Shown here: positions 15,728 to 24,903 of the stretch, in pieces
How the letters are laid out: each line of letters begins with the position of its first letter
Position numbering within the stretch: position 1 is the first letter of the stretch
Source of the DNA: Chlamydiales bacterium
GTDB lineage: Bacteria; Chlamydiota; Chlamydiia; Chlamydiales; JAAKFR01
DNA: 32,000 nucleotides
Assembly (NCBI GenBank): GCA_041395025.1
Contig: JAWLBH010000001.1
Span: 900,001-932,000, forward strand
Reading direction: 5' to 3'
Notes under the pieces: model-generated
Database searches by the model: none
Seen by the model: the letters and a program-made list of their open reading frames with translations, nothing else
What the model was told of the DNA's origin: nothing
Position numbers and translations under genes: made by a program

Positions 15728-16852
15728 TCATGATTGCTTTGTAATTTTTTTATCAATTATTGGTAAGTGAGTAATTGCAAAACATGTTCCTTTTCCTATT
15801 TTTGATTCAACAGTCATGACCCCTCCATGTGCCTGTATGACTTTATAAGCTTCTGAAAGACCTAATCCAGTCCCTGTGGCCTTTGTTGTAAAAAATGGAG
15901 TGAATATCTTTTGTAAATTTTTTTCATGGATTCCCTCTCCTTGATCTTTAATTAAAATAGTTCCTTCTTTCGTTAAGATCATTTCAACATAAGGAGAGTG
16001 AGCTTCACAGCCATTTCGAATAAGATTGATTAATACAAGTTGGATTCTTCCACGGTCCACTGAAGCCGTGTGATTTTTTTCAATATTCACCTTACATCGA
16101 TGGCCGCAACTCTTTGCTAGTTTTACTGTGTCATAGAAAAGGGTAGATAGATCAGTTAATTCAAAATGTAGCATAAGAGGGCAAGTATATTCCAATACAT
16201 TATTCACTAATTTATTAAGAGTTCGGCTACCCTCAAGAATTGCATCAGCCATATCTAGTTGAGATGATTCTTGTAATTCGCGTTTTAAAAGAGCAGCAAA
16301 TCCTTCAATTCCTCCAAGTGGGTTGCGAATTTCGTGGGCCAGTGTCGCTGCCATCTCACCTAGTTCTTTAAGTCTATCATTTTGTTGTACACTTTTTTCT
16401 AGTTGTTTGAGCTGGGTACGGTCATTAAGAAGAACTAATAGACCTTTTTCAGGGATCATTGTAGGAGCCGCTTCAATCTCTAGCCCATTTGAGAAGTTTA
16501 GAAAAAGCCGACTGGGGATCTCTGCATTTTCTAAGCTACTCTTAAGAGAAAACCCAAATAAATCATCTGGATAGTGTTCCCAAAAAGAAGTTCCTATCAC
16601 TTCTTGCTGAAGATAGCCCGTAAGAGTAGCAGCAGCAGGGTTATAAAGTGTAATCACACCTTTTTGATTAATAAATATCAGACCATCTGACATATGATTG
16701 ACAATTTGTTCTAATGTTTGATGAGAGACATCAAATTTTTCTTTTAACGCATCAAACTGTTGAAGTAGTTGTTCATGTGCTTTCTCAAGTCGTTTTATTT
16801 CTCTAGAAAATAAATCCACTTGCAAATGCAGATCAATGACTCCTTCTTGCAT
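15728..16852 (-). CDS. ctcB: soluble PAS-domain sensor histidine kinase (CtcB/AtoS type)
   Basis: 374 aa with no TM helix. It has an N-terminal coiled coil, a PAS domain (MSDGLIFINQKGVITLYNPAAATLTGY), an H-box (LAHEIRNPL) and an HATPase with N, G1 and G2 motifs (NLIRNGCEA, DQGEGI, GTGLGL). Confidence 0.88.
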   Translation of the reverse strand: MQEGVIDLHLQVDLFSREIKRLEKAHEQLLQQFDALKEKFDVSHQTLEQIVNHMSDGLIFINQKGVITLYNPAAATLTGYLQQEVIGTSFWEHYPDDLFGFSLKSSLENAEIPSRLFLNFSNGLEIEAAPTMIPEKGLLVLLNDRTQLKQLEKSVQQNDRLKELGEMAATLAHEIRNPLGGIEGFAALLKRELQESSQLDMADAILEGSRTLNKLVNNVLEYTCPLMLHFELTDLSTLFYDTVKLAKSCGHRCKVNIEKNHTASVDRGRIQLVLINLIRNGCEAHSPYVEMILTKEGTILIKDQGEGIHEKNLQKIFTPFFTTKATGTGLGLSEAYKVIQAHGGVMTVESKIGKGTCFAITHLPIIDKKITKQS

Positions 16853-17156
16853 CGGGTTTAAGCTCTTGTTTTCTTTTTGTTTGATTATCAGAATCTAATT
16901 GAAGAATTGTTCTAATCACTTTCCGAATTTCTTCAAGTTCTTCAGAAATTTCCTGAGAGAGATGAGCCATATTACGTTGAAAAGGGTAGATTTCAGCATC
17001 TAACTCATCAACGCAAGAAAGAAGAATTTTTTTTTGTTCTAAAACAGCAATCCAATCATGAAAAGGCAGATCGGTTTCGGTTTCAGTCAAATCGAGAATT
17101 GTCTCAAAAAATCCCTTCTTTTTTTTTAGTAAATGGAGCAATTTGTCTTCTTTCAT
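16833..17156 (-). CDS. small acidic coiled-coil protein, first gene of the ctcB-ctcC operon (FlgN-like is only a hypothesis)
   Basis: 107 aa, predicted all-helical (LLHLLKKKKGFFETILDLTETE...LEQKKILLSCVDELDAEI...ISEELEEIRKVIRTILQLD). Its 3' end overlaps the ctcB start by 20 nt. A candidate promoter lies upstream. Confidence 0.6.
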   Translation of the reverse strand: MKEDKLLHLLKKKKGFFETILDLTETETDLPFHDWIAVLEQKKILLSCVDELDAEIYPFQRNMAHLSQEISEELEEIRKVIRTILQLDSDNQTKRKQELKPDARRSH

Positions 17157-17182
17157 AGCATTATTCTAAGATAAACAGAAAA

Positions 17183-17211
17183 AATTTATTTACAATAAAA
17201 ACCCATGACAA
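17183..17211 (-). promoter_or_regulatory. candidate sigma-70-type promoter for the small ORF-ctcB-ctcC operon
   Basis: Minus strand reads TTGTCA (17211-17206), a 17-nt spacer, then TAAATT (17188-17183), about 27 nt upstream of ATG 17156. Motif-only call in an AT-rich spacer. Confidence 0.25.
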
Positions 17212-17273
17212 ATTGAAGAAAGATAGGAAATCTCTAGGAGATTGATAAGAAAAAAAACAAAGAATTTCAAAAA

Positions 17274-17861
17274 TTATTGAGGAAGAATAATTTTTTGACC
17301 AACATAAATTTTATCAGAAGAGAGATGGTTCAATTGTTTAAGTATTTTAATATCAGTTTTGTATTTCAGAGCAATTTGTCCCAATGAGTCACCAACTTTA
17401 ACAATATAAACAGAGGGATTTTCAGCAAATTCTTCCCCTTTTTGAAGTAGAGTCAACATTTCATGCAAAGATTGCCTCAGTCCTTGAACATCTGAAGAAA
17501 GTTGCTTATCAATTTGAGTAAGTTTTGTTTGACAGGAAGCAAGAGAAGAAGCAGTTTCATTGAGATGGGCTTTAAGGTTTTTTAAATCATGAGCAAGTGT
17601 TTCATAGCTATTTTCAATTTTTATCATTCGATTATGGATTTTTTTATCGTCTCGTAACTGCGTTTCAATATGATGCAATGATTGTTCAATATGATCAAAT
17701 TTTTCTTGGAAAAGCTCAATTTCAACATGATGGTTGTGGAGTTGATACCCAAACTGTTCTAAATTTATACGCATTTCTTGAAGGGGCAGGCTCTCAGATT
17801 TTGGATGACTAAAGAGGAGACTCTGCCCCATGAATAAGAGAAACCAAAAAACACGTTGCAT
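17274..17861 (-). CDS. secreted coiled-coil protein with C-terminal LysM domain (occupies the cpoB/ybgF position after pal)
   Basis: The track starts at TTG 17867. ATG 17861 (MQRVFWFLLFMGQSLLFSHP signal peptide) lies 2 nt after the pal stop. A roughly 130-aa coiled-coil region is rich in Q/E/L/H. The C-terminal LysM is YIVKVGDSLGQIALKYKTDIKILKQLNHLSSDKIYVGQKIILP. Confidence 0.75.
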   Translation of the reverse strand: MQRVFWFLLFMGQSLLFSHPKSESLPLQEMRINLEQFGYQLHNHHVEIELFQEKFDHIEQSLHHIETQLRDDKKIHNRMIKIENSYETLAHDLKNLKAHLNETASSLASCQTKLTQIDKQLSSDVQGLRQSLHEMLTLLQKGEEFAENPSVYIVKVGDSLGQIALKYKTDIKILKQLNHLSSDKIYVGQKIILPQ

Positions 17862-17863
17862 CT

Positions 17864-18550
17864 TCAATTTTGGATATAAGTTTTGAATTGAGCTCTTCGG
17901 TTTTTGGCCAAAGCTTTCTCATCATGACCCATTGCAAGAGGGCGTTCTTTACCATAAGATGTCGTGAAAAGTTGATCAGGATTCACTCCATTTTCGATAA
18001 GAAAAGTACGGACGGAATTAGAACGACGAGATCCGAGAGCGAGGTTGTAACTTGCTGCTCCTCTTTCATCAGCATGTCCTTCAATGAAAAGATAAATATT
18101 AGGATTTTTAATTAGATAGTCTGCAATCATTTTTGCAGTTTTAATATTTTCACTTCCTTGTACTACATATTTATCAGTGTCAAATTGAATATTAGTAAGA
18201 AGGAGAGCAAGTTGACCCATTGGATCAGAAAACCCTTCAATTCCAGGAATTAGTCCACCTGGATCACCAGGAGATGCCTTAGGTAGAGCAGAATAGTTAT
18301 GGACTGCAACTTGTGGATAAGCTTCATTTTCTGTTAGAGGAATAAACTCTTGATCTTCTTCCCAAGATTCGTAAAAAGAGGCATTTTTTCGTGAATCAAC
18401 ATGATAACCAAAAAGAGAACGTAACCCTTTCCCCATATAGCGGCTACAAGTCTTGGTATCTTCCCAAACCTCATGAGTTGAACGGCTACAGGAGGTTAAT
18501 AACGATAAGCAGGTAATACCCACAACGATCAAATGTTTATGTTCTTTCAT
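17864..18550 (-). CDS. pal: peptidoglycan-associated lipoprotein Pal (OmpA family)
   Basis: I prefer the start at ATG 18550 (MKEHKHLIVVGITCLSLLTSC, lipobox LLTSC). It forms an ATGA overlap with the tolB stop and has GAGGAG just upstream. The OmpA-like C-terminus is IEGHADERGAASYNLALGSRRSNSVRTFL...RRAQF. Confidence 0.92.
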   Translation of the reverse strand: MKEHKHLIVVGITCLSLLTSCSRSTHEVWEDTKTCSRYMGKGLRSLFGYHVDSRKNASFYESWEEDQEFIPLTENEAYPQVAVHNYSALPKASPGDPGGLIPGIEGFSDPMGQLALLLTNIQFDTDKYVVQGSENIKTAKMIADYLIKNPNIYLFIEGHADERGAASYNLALGSRRSNSVRTFLIENGVNPDQLFTTSYGKERPLAMGHDEKALAKNRRAQFKTYIQN

Positions 18551-19917
18551 ACTCTCCTCATTGTATTTGGTTCCCATGCTGGGAAGCGTTTTTCTCCTGG
18601 ACCACTTGTAATTTTTACGGCTTTTTTTTGATTCAAATTAATCAAAAAAAGCTCTGATGATTCTTCTGTTGATGAGTTAAATATCAAGTGGAGGCTGTCG
18701 GGGGCCCAAGCTGGATTTTCTTTATGCCCATAGCCATTTGTTAAACTTGTCTCTTGCTCTGTTATAAAATCGTAAATATAGATTTGTCTCACACCACTTA
18801 CAGTTGCACTATAAGCAATTTTTGTCCCATCAGGTGACCAAGCCGGAGCAGTATTTCCACGGTTTTTTTTCGAGATGAGTTGAGATCTAATTTCTCTGAC
18901 TGATGCCCCTGCTTTTGGAATTGTAATAACATAAATACGAGGTGTTCCATCTTTATTAGAGACAAAAGCTAATTGCTTTCCATCAGGACTAAAAGTTGGG
19001 GTTCCCTGGACTCCTTGAGGAGTAGAAAAAACTTGTTTGGGTTTTCCCATCAATCCTTTCTTCGGTGAAAAGTCTTGAACAAAGAGATCAGGATTTCCTG
19101 TGATATCGCTGACAAAAGCGATTTGATCGATCTGTCGTGAGATCACAGGCATCAACTGGCTACCACGCATATAAGTTAGACGCTTTGGTTCATCTCGATT
19201 TGATGAAGTCATATAGATTTTTGGTTGTCCTTTCTCATAAGAAACATAAAGAAGATTTAGACATTTTTCACCTATTTTTGCAGGAATATATGTTGGATTT
19301 ACGCATAGTCCATTGTGATGAGTAATTTGATGAGCATTCGCTCCATCATAATCTGATTCCCAAACTTCTGTGATCCAATTTGAGGAGGTAGGTCCAACTT
19401 GTGTGCGTATTGTATATAGGATATGTGTTTGACAGATCCCTTGCTCACCAAAACAGGTTTCTTGTATTGCATCAGCTATTGAATGAAGAACACGACGATC
19501 ATCTTTCAATTGACCGTTAAGTTTAAGAGGATCGATGGCTTTTGTTGAGTTATTACGTACAGAAAAGAAAGTTGTTGTGATTTGGTGATTCGAAATCGCG
19601 AATTTAACAACATAGTCACATCCAAGTTTCTGCCATTTTTCTTGTTCAAATTTCCATAATCCTTTTTCATGATTAGCTTGCTTTTCGCAATCATTTGAGT
19701 TTTGAATCAATTCACTTTTGCCATTATGATTTAAGTCAAATTTGAGTACTTTTTCCAATGCTTTCAAATAGTCTACATCAAAACCAGATTGTATATCTTC
19801 AATTGGATGGACATAAAGAGAAGAGAGTCGCGCTTGATTTGAGAGATGAACAATAATTTCCTCATCAGAATAAACGGATAGAGTTAAAAGGAGCAAAAAG
19901 AAAAGGGACTTATACAT
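18547..19917 (-). CDS. tolB: Tol-Pal system beta-propeller protein TolB
   Basis: 456 aa. Signal peptide MYKSLFFLLLLTLSVYS. Repeated propeller motifs follow (PVISRQIDQIAFVSD, PTFSPDGKQLAFVSNKDGTPRIYV, PAWSPDGTKIAYSATVSGVRQIYIYD, PAWAPDS). It sits between tolA-like and pal. Confidence 0.92.
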   Translation of the reverse strand: MYKSLFFLLLLTLSVYSDEEIIVHLSNQARLSSLYVHPIEDIQSGFDVDYLKALEKVLKFDLNHNGKSELIQNSNDCEKQANHEKGLWKFEQEKWQKLGCDYVVKFAISNHQITTTFFSVRNNSTKAIDPLKLNGQLKDDRRVLHSIADAIQETCFGEQGICQTHILYTIRTQVGPTSSNWITEVWESDYDGANAHQITHHNGLCVNPTYIPAKIGEKCLNLLYVSYEKGQPKIYMTSSNRDEPKRLTYMRGSQLMPVISRQIDQIAFVSDITGNPDLFVQDFSPKKGLMGKPKQVFSTPQGVQGTPTFSPDGKQLAFVSNKDGTPRIYVITIPKAGASVREIRSQLISKKNRGNTAPAWSPDGTKIAYSATVSGVRQIYIYDFITEQETSLTNGYGHKENPAWAPDSLHLIFNSSTEESSELFLINLNQKKAVKITSGPGEKRFPAWEPNTMRRV

Positions 19918-19940
19918 AAACCTACCTAGATATCAAACTT

Positions 19941-20633
19941 TTATGAACTTGTCAATATGATGGAAAAGGTATGGTCAAGATTGTCTTCGAAATATTTATC
20001 AAAAGGAGGCAGAAGAAGAATAGGAAGGACTTCTTCTACATATTTTTGATTTTTTAGACTATTTGTCTCTTGAATAGTTAAAGCTTTAACATGACCATTT
20101 TTCTTTACTGTAAGTTGAAGTTTGATCTTTCCTTTTTCAGGTAGCTCCAAAGCATTTTCTAGAAATCCTATTAACTGATCAGTATAGGTACTTTCTAAAT
20201 TGATTTTTTCACTAGAAAGTCTTCCAATTTTATTTGCTTTAATCAAGATGATTTCATCGCTTGGTTTTTGATTTAAAGTAGAGAGACTCTTTTGAATCAT
20301 CCCTACAAGTTGTGCTTTTTTTTTGTTAGATTTAGTTTCAGTAGAGACTTTTGTAAGATCTGATTTAGATGAGTTTTTAGATTTAGGATCTCTTTGTTCA
20401 ACAGGACTTATTTGTCTTTCAGGAGATTTTTTTTCCACAATAGTTTTTTCCGGTCTATCAATTTTTGGTTGTTCTTGATGGACTAAATGAGTGTTTAGAT
20501 CAATGGGTGTCACTTCTTGAAAAGTCTCTATGACCAATTTGTGATGAATGGGGGTTTCAATATGTTTTTGAATAACAAACAGCAAGACTAGAAAAAGTGC
20601 ATGTAAAGCTATTACAATTCCTATTATTTTCAT
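19941..20633 (-). CDS. TolA/TonB-like energy-transducer protein
   Basis: 230 aa. N-terminal TM anchor (IIGIVIALHALFLVLLFVI), a K/P/S/E-rich extended linker, and a small C-terminal domain (KIKLQLTVKKNGHVKALTIQE...). It lies between tolR and tolB. The call is largely positional. Confidence 0.55.
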   Translation of the reverse strand: MKIIGIVIALHALFLVLLFVIQKHIETPIHHKLVIETFQEVTPIDLNTHLVHQEQPKIDRPEKTIVEKKSPERQISPVEQRDPKSKNSSKSDLTKVSTETKSNKKKAQLVGMIQKSLSTLNQKPSDEIILIKANKIGRLSSEKINLESTYTDQLIGFLENALELPEKGKIKLQLTVKKNGHVKALTIQETNSLKNQKYVEEVLPILLLPPFDKYFEDNLDHTFSIILTSS

Positions 20634-20639
20634 CTATTT

Positions 20640-21041
20640 TTATTGTGGGTTTAAAAGAACATCAAGTTGAGTAAAACCTGCTTTTTCAACTGCATTTTTA
20701 ACCGATTGATAAGTCCCAAAATAAGCTTGGCGATCATGAAAGAGCTGAGGATAAGTTAATGGAGATTTAGTATGAGCATGAATTAATAAGTTTTGAAGTT
20801 GTTCGAGTGTGACTTGTTGGTGATTGAAAGTGATTGTATTATCGGAAAAGACACGGATTGTCAGATTTTTATCTTGTTGAAAAGGTTCTTTAAGACCCTT
20901 TCCTTTTGCTAGTTCTAGTCGATCGATTTCAACTAGTGGAGCAACGACAATAAACATGATTAAAATGACAAATACAACATCAATCAAGGGAGTCAGATTA
21001 ATAGGTGCTTCTTCAAGAATAGGAGATCTTCTCTGCTTCAC
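20640..21041 (-). CDS. tolR: TolR/ExbD family biopolymer transport protein
   Basis: 133 aa. INLTPLIDVVFVILIMFIV is the conserved ExbD/TolR TM segment with its Asp. There is a 4-nt overlap with tolQ. Confidence 0.87.
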   Translation of the reverse strand: MKQRRSPILEEAPINLTPLIDVVFVILIMFIVVAPLVEIDRLELAKGKGLKEPFQQDKNLTIRVFSDNTITFNHQQVTLEQLQNLLIHAHTKSPLTYPQLFHDRQAYFGTYQSVKNAVEKAGFTQLDVLLNPQ

Positions 21042-21727
21042 GAAATTTCCACCTGGCGGTATTGTAATTCAACAGCAGACAAAAGGAGATGAGAAAACTC
21101 TTCCAAATCACCAGACAACTGAGTAATTGCAGAACGCAAGTAATTATAACTAATTAATGCAGGAATTGCGACTAATAATCCAACCACCGTCGTCCCAAGT
21201 GCCATAGCAAGTCCACCCATAATTGTCGTATTTGAATTGATTGAGATGGTTGTTTGCAATTCATTGAATGTTAATAAAATCCCCCAAACAGTACCAAGAA
21301 GACCTAAAAATGGAGCCAAACTCACAACAGTCGATAAGATAAATAAATTTCCCTCCATTTTTTTTGTTTCAGTGGAAACAACATTGATTAAATAGGATTC
21401 AATGAGATGAATATCAGAAACGGATAGAGTCATATTTTCTTTTTTAATTACAGTTTTATTTTTTCCAAGGAGTTCGATAGTAGTTTTTTTTAGAATTTGA
21501 TAGAGGTTTGCGTAAGGATGACTTTCATATACTTCAATTGATAGAGGATTTGAAGATTTTTTTTTAAATAAAGATTGAAAAACGATTCCCACTCGTTGAA
21601 TATTTTTTTGTGCTATGAATTTTTTAAAAAAAATCGTCCATGTCGCAATAGATAAAAGAAGTAAAGATAAAAAAATTCCTTTCCCAAAGAGGTCAGAAGT
21701 ATAGTAGGCATGAATGATTGGATTCAT
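21038..21727 (-). CDS. tolQ: TolQ/ExbB (MotA family) proton channel protein
   Basis: 229 aa with 3 TM helices. The conserved C-terminal motif is LGLLGTVWGILLTF...GGLAMALGTTVVGLLVAIPA. Confidence 0.9.
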   Translation of the reverse strand: MNPIIHAYYTSDLFGKGIFLSLLLLSIATWTIFFKKFIAQKNIQRVGIVFQSLFKKKSSNPLSIEVYESHPYANLYQILKKTTIELLGKNKTVIKKENMTLSVSDIHLIESYLINVVSTETKKMEGNLFILSTVVSLAPFLGLLGTVWGILLTFNELQTTISINSNTTIMGGLAMALGTTVVGLLVAIPALISYNYLRSAITQLSGDLEEFSHLLLSAVELQYRQVEIS

Positions 21728-21850
21728 AAATCTCCATATGTATTCAAATCTAAGAATTAGAATTCGTGTTGTATGTAATTTTTTAATTCTTTACTTACAG
21801 ATGATGATGATATATAATTTTTTCCTCAACTACTTTCGTTTTGGGGGGAT

Positions 21851-23992
21851 ATGAAGCGATTATTTTTTTCTAGTTTAGTGCTATTTTCTTTTTTTTCTCC
21901 TCTTTTAGGATCTAGTTCTAATGATCAGACAATCGATTCACCTGTACAAGTGCAACTTGTAGCAGAAGAGAATTCAATAAAACCAGGACGTCCTTTTTGG
22001 TTAGGTATTGAATTAAAAATGGCAGAAGGATGGGATACCTATTGGATGAATCCTGGTGATTCAGGTTTTCCTACTCAGGTGAATTGGAAGCTACCCAAAG
22101 GATTTATAGCAGGGCCACTTGAATGGCCTTATCCTAAAATTTTTAAAAATTCTTCTCTAGTTGCTTTTGGTTATACGGATACTGTTCTGCTTCTTTCAAA
22201 AATCCTCCCCCCTAAAAATATAGAGAACGGGTCTATTACTTTAGCAGCCGATGTAAACTGGTTAGCGTGTAAAGACTTATGCGTTCCAGGAAACGCTCAT
22301 ATTAGTCTATCTCTACCTATCAATAATTCTGAGCCTGTCGCAATAGTGGAAAAAAGTGGTCTATTTGCAAAAGCAAGAGAGGCTCTTCCTCGTCAGTTAG
22401 AAGATCAAGGGAATTTAACTGTTCAATTACAACCAGATGAAATTGTAATGAATTTTAAACCTAAACCAGGAAGTTTTGGAGAGATCGAAGAGATGCAATT
22501 TATCTCTGAAGACGCCGAAGTGGTTGATTATGGAGCACCCCAGTCTTTTAAAATTGAGCAAGAGGGGATTATCTTAAATTTAAAGAAAATGCACTCTACA
22601 AATAAACTTTCTGCGTTAAAAGGTGTTTTACTTGTTTCTGAAAAAGGCACTAGTGTCAAAAAAGCGATTCAAATCAATACCCCTCCTAAAGAGACTCAAC
22701 AGATTGGGGCAGAAGCACATCAGACATTAAATATTAAATTAGCGCTGCTATTTGCCTTTTTAGGTGGATTAATTCTTAATGTTATGCCATGTGTCTTACC
22801 GGTGATTGCTTTGAAGATTTTTGGATTTGTCAAAATCGCTCATGAGAGAAGAAAGATAGTTTTAAAGCATGGAGGGGTTTTTGCATTAGGGGTTCTCGTA
22901 TCTTTTTGGATTCTCTCTATTGCGCTTTTGATCATGCGTGCTTGTGGAGAAAGTATTGGTTGGGGATTTCAATTACAAGAACCAGCTTTTGTCGCAATTT
23001 TAGCAGCAATGCTTTTTCTATTAGGTTTAAGTTTGTTTGGAGTATTTGAACTTGGCACATCGATGATTTCCTTAGGAAGTCAACAAGTAGAATCTTCTGG
23101 AGGCTCATCATTGAAAAACTCATTCATGAGCGGTATTCTTGCTACACTTGTGGCCACTCCTTGTACTGGGCCTCTATTAGGGCCAGCACTTGGATTTGCG
23201 ATGACCCTTTCTCCATTTTTAGCAGTTACCGTGTTTACCATGATGGGATTTGGCATGGCATTTCCCTATCTTATTTTTTCTGCCTTTCCCAAACTTATCT
23301 CTTTTCTGCCAAAACCTGGAAATTGGATGGTGATCTTTAAACAGTTGATGGGATTTTTGATGATGGGGACCGTTGTTTGGCTCATATGGATATTTGGAGC
23401 ACAAACTGACAATATGGCCACCTTTGCTCTTTTATCTGTGATGGTAATTTTAGCTCTTGGGGGATGGATTTTTGGTAAATGGAGCCTCCCCACTAAGAGA
23501 AAAATCACAAGGATCCTCTCGACTACTCTTGCTGTTGCTCTTTTTTTATTAGGTGGTACCATTGTAATATTTGTTACGAAGCAACATCGTAATGTTGAGG
23601 TAGCTCATGCTCTTTTTGAGCAGGATTGGGAAGTATATAATCCCCAGCGTGTAGAAGAATTACGCGCTCAGGGAATCCCAGTATTTGTAGATTTTACAGC
23701 AAAATGGTGTCTAATTTGTCAGGCGAATAAAGCGATTCTACACTCTTCAGATCTTAAAAAAGCTTTTTATGATAAAGGTGTGGTTAAAATGACAGCAGAT
23801 TGGACAAAAAAAAATCCAGTCATTACTGAGGCATTAGACAATTTAGGCCGAACAGGAGTTCCATTATATGTTCTTTATTCGGGTCATCCTGACGAGAAAC
23901 CTTACGTGCTTCCTCAAACTTTGAGTGGAAGTATCGTATATAAATATCTTGAAAAACTCACCCCTTCACAAACGACTGTTTATGCTGATTGA
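21851..23992 (+). CDS. dsbD: thiol:disulfide interchange protein, DsbD/ScsB family
   Basis: 713 aa. It has a signal peptide and a periplasmic N-terminal domain with the CxxxC-type pair (WLACKDLCVPG). The central TM domain carries catalytic Cys residues (NVMPCVLPV, LVATPCTGP). The C-terminal thioredoxin fold carries WCLIC. Confidence 0.88.
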   Translation: MKRLFFSSLVLFSFFSPLLGSSSNDQTIDSPVQVQLVAEENSIKPGRPFWLGIELKMAEGWDTYWMNPGDSGFPTQVNWKLPKGFIAGPLEWPYPKIFKNSSLVAFGYTDTVLLLSKILPPKNIENGSITLAADVNWLACKDLCVPGNAHISLSLPINNSEPVAIVEKSGLFAKAREALPRQLEDQGNLTVQLQPDEIVMNFKPKPGSFGEIEEMQFISEDAEVVDYGAPQSFKIEQEGIILNLKKMHSTNKLSALKGVLLVSEKGTSVKKAIQINTPPKETQQIGAEAHQTLNIKLALLFAFLGGLILNVMPCVLPVIALKIFGFVKIAHERRKIVLKHGGVFALGVLVSFWILSIALLIMRACGESIGWGFQLQEPAFVAILAAMLFLLGLSLFGVFELGTSMISLGSQQVESSGGSSLKNSFMSGILATLVATPCTGPLLGPALGFAMTLSPFLAVTVFTMMGFGMAFPYLIFSAFPKLISFLPKPGNWMVIFKQLMGFLMMGTVVWLIWIFGAQTDNMATFALLSVMVILALGGWIFGKWSLPTKRKITRILSTTLAVALFLLGGTIVIFVTKQHRNVEVAHALFEQDWEVYNPQRVEELRAQGIPVFVDFTAKWCLICQANKAILHSSDLKKAFYDKGVVKMTADWTKKNPVITEALDNLGRTGVPLYVLYSGHPDEKPYVLPQTLSGSIVYKYLEKLTPSQTTVYAD

Positions 23993-24749
23993 TTCTCATG
24001 CCCATCTTACACATGTTAAATTATTTAAAGATATTGATCTGATTCTTGCAAGGGCACAAGCTTTGGGTATTGAGAAGATCATTAATATTTGTACCAATCC
24101 TAAAGAACTATCACTTGGTTTAACACTTTCTAGTCAATATCCATGGGTTTACAATGCAGCTGCTACCACTCCTCATGAGGTTCAAAAAGAAGCGGAACAA
24201 TTTTTTGAATTGGTGATGCAAAATGTCGATACCCAATCTTTAATTGCTATTGGCGAAACTGGTTTGGATTATTATTATTGGAAAGAATCGATGGATGATC
24301 AAAAGAAGTTATTAAGTCGTTATTTAAAACTCGCTGCTGACAATGGATTACCTATCGTCATTCATTGTCGAGATGCTTTCCAAGATCTTTTTCGGATATT
24401 AGATAAAGAAAAACCAGTTTCAGGGGTCCTTCATTGTTTTACTGGTACCCTTGCTGAGGCAAAAGAGTTAATTGCACGTGATTGGTATATTTCTTTAAGT
24501 GGAATTGTCACGTTTAAAAATAGTGAAGAATTGTGTGAAGTAGCTCGATCTATTCCACTCAATCGTCTTTTAATCGAAACAGATGCACCCTATTTAGCTC
24601 CTATGCCTTATCGAGGGAAAATCAATGAACCCTCTTATCTCATTGAAACAGCAAAATTTCTTGCAGAGATAAGAAAAATTTCATTTGCAGAATTTGCCAT
24701 GGCAACGTCTAGAAATGGAGAAACTCTATTTAAGTTAAACTCTCAGTAA
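23982..24749 (+). CDS. tatD: TatD family metal-dependent hydrolase (DNase)
   Basis: I prefer the start at ATG 23982 (MLIDSHAHL, canonical TatD N-terminus), which overlaps the dsbD 3' end by 11 nt. The track start at 23925 adds 19 unlikely residues. Other motifs are GETGLDYYY, VIHCRDA, LHCFTG and IETDAPYL. Confidence 0.9.
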   Translation: MLIDSHAHLTHVKLFKDIDLILARAQALGIEKIINICTNPKELSLGLTLSSQYPWVYNAAATTPHEVQKEAEQFFELVMQNVDTQSLIAIGETGLDYYYWKESMDDQKKLLSRYLKLAADNGLPIVIHCRDAFQDLFRILDKEKPVSGVLHCFTGTLAEAKELIARDWYISLSGIVTFKNSEELCEVARSIPLNRLLIETDAPYLAPMPYRGKINEPSYLIETAKFLAEIRKISFAEFAMATSRNGETLFKLNSQ

Positions 24750-24903
24750 GTTGTATAGAAGGTGAGAAAAAGATCAACTTTGATCTTGAATCTACATTAA
24801 GCTATTTTTTTTAAGACCTCTTCTATTTCTAATTTTCATTAGACAATGATCAAAAGTAAATCTATTTTACAAGGGGCTTTTCTTATGTTAATTTTGTGTT
24901 ATC

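Noticed and set aside
17229-17243. Hairpin AATCTC-cta-GAGATT downstream of the LysM gene on the minus strand, as a possible tol-pal operon terminator
   Set aside because: The stem is a weak 6 bp. The T8 run lies before the stem rather than after it, and only a pyrimidine-rich stretch follows. Evidence is insufficient.
24770-24787. Hairpin AAGATCA-actt-TGATCTT after tatD
   Set aside because: The T-run (tatttttttt) begins about 20 nt downstream rather than adjacent, and the stem is AT-rich. It could equally be part of the sdhC promoter region (TTGATC -35-like).
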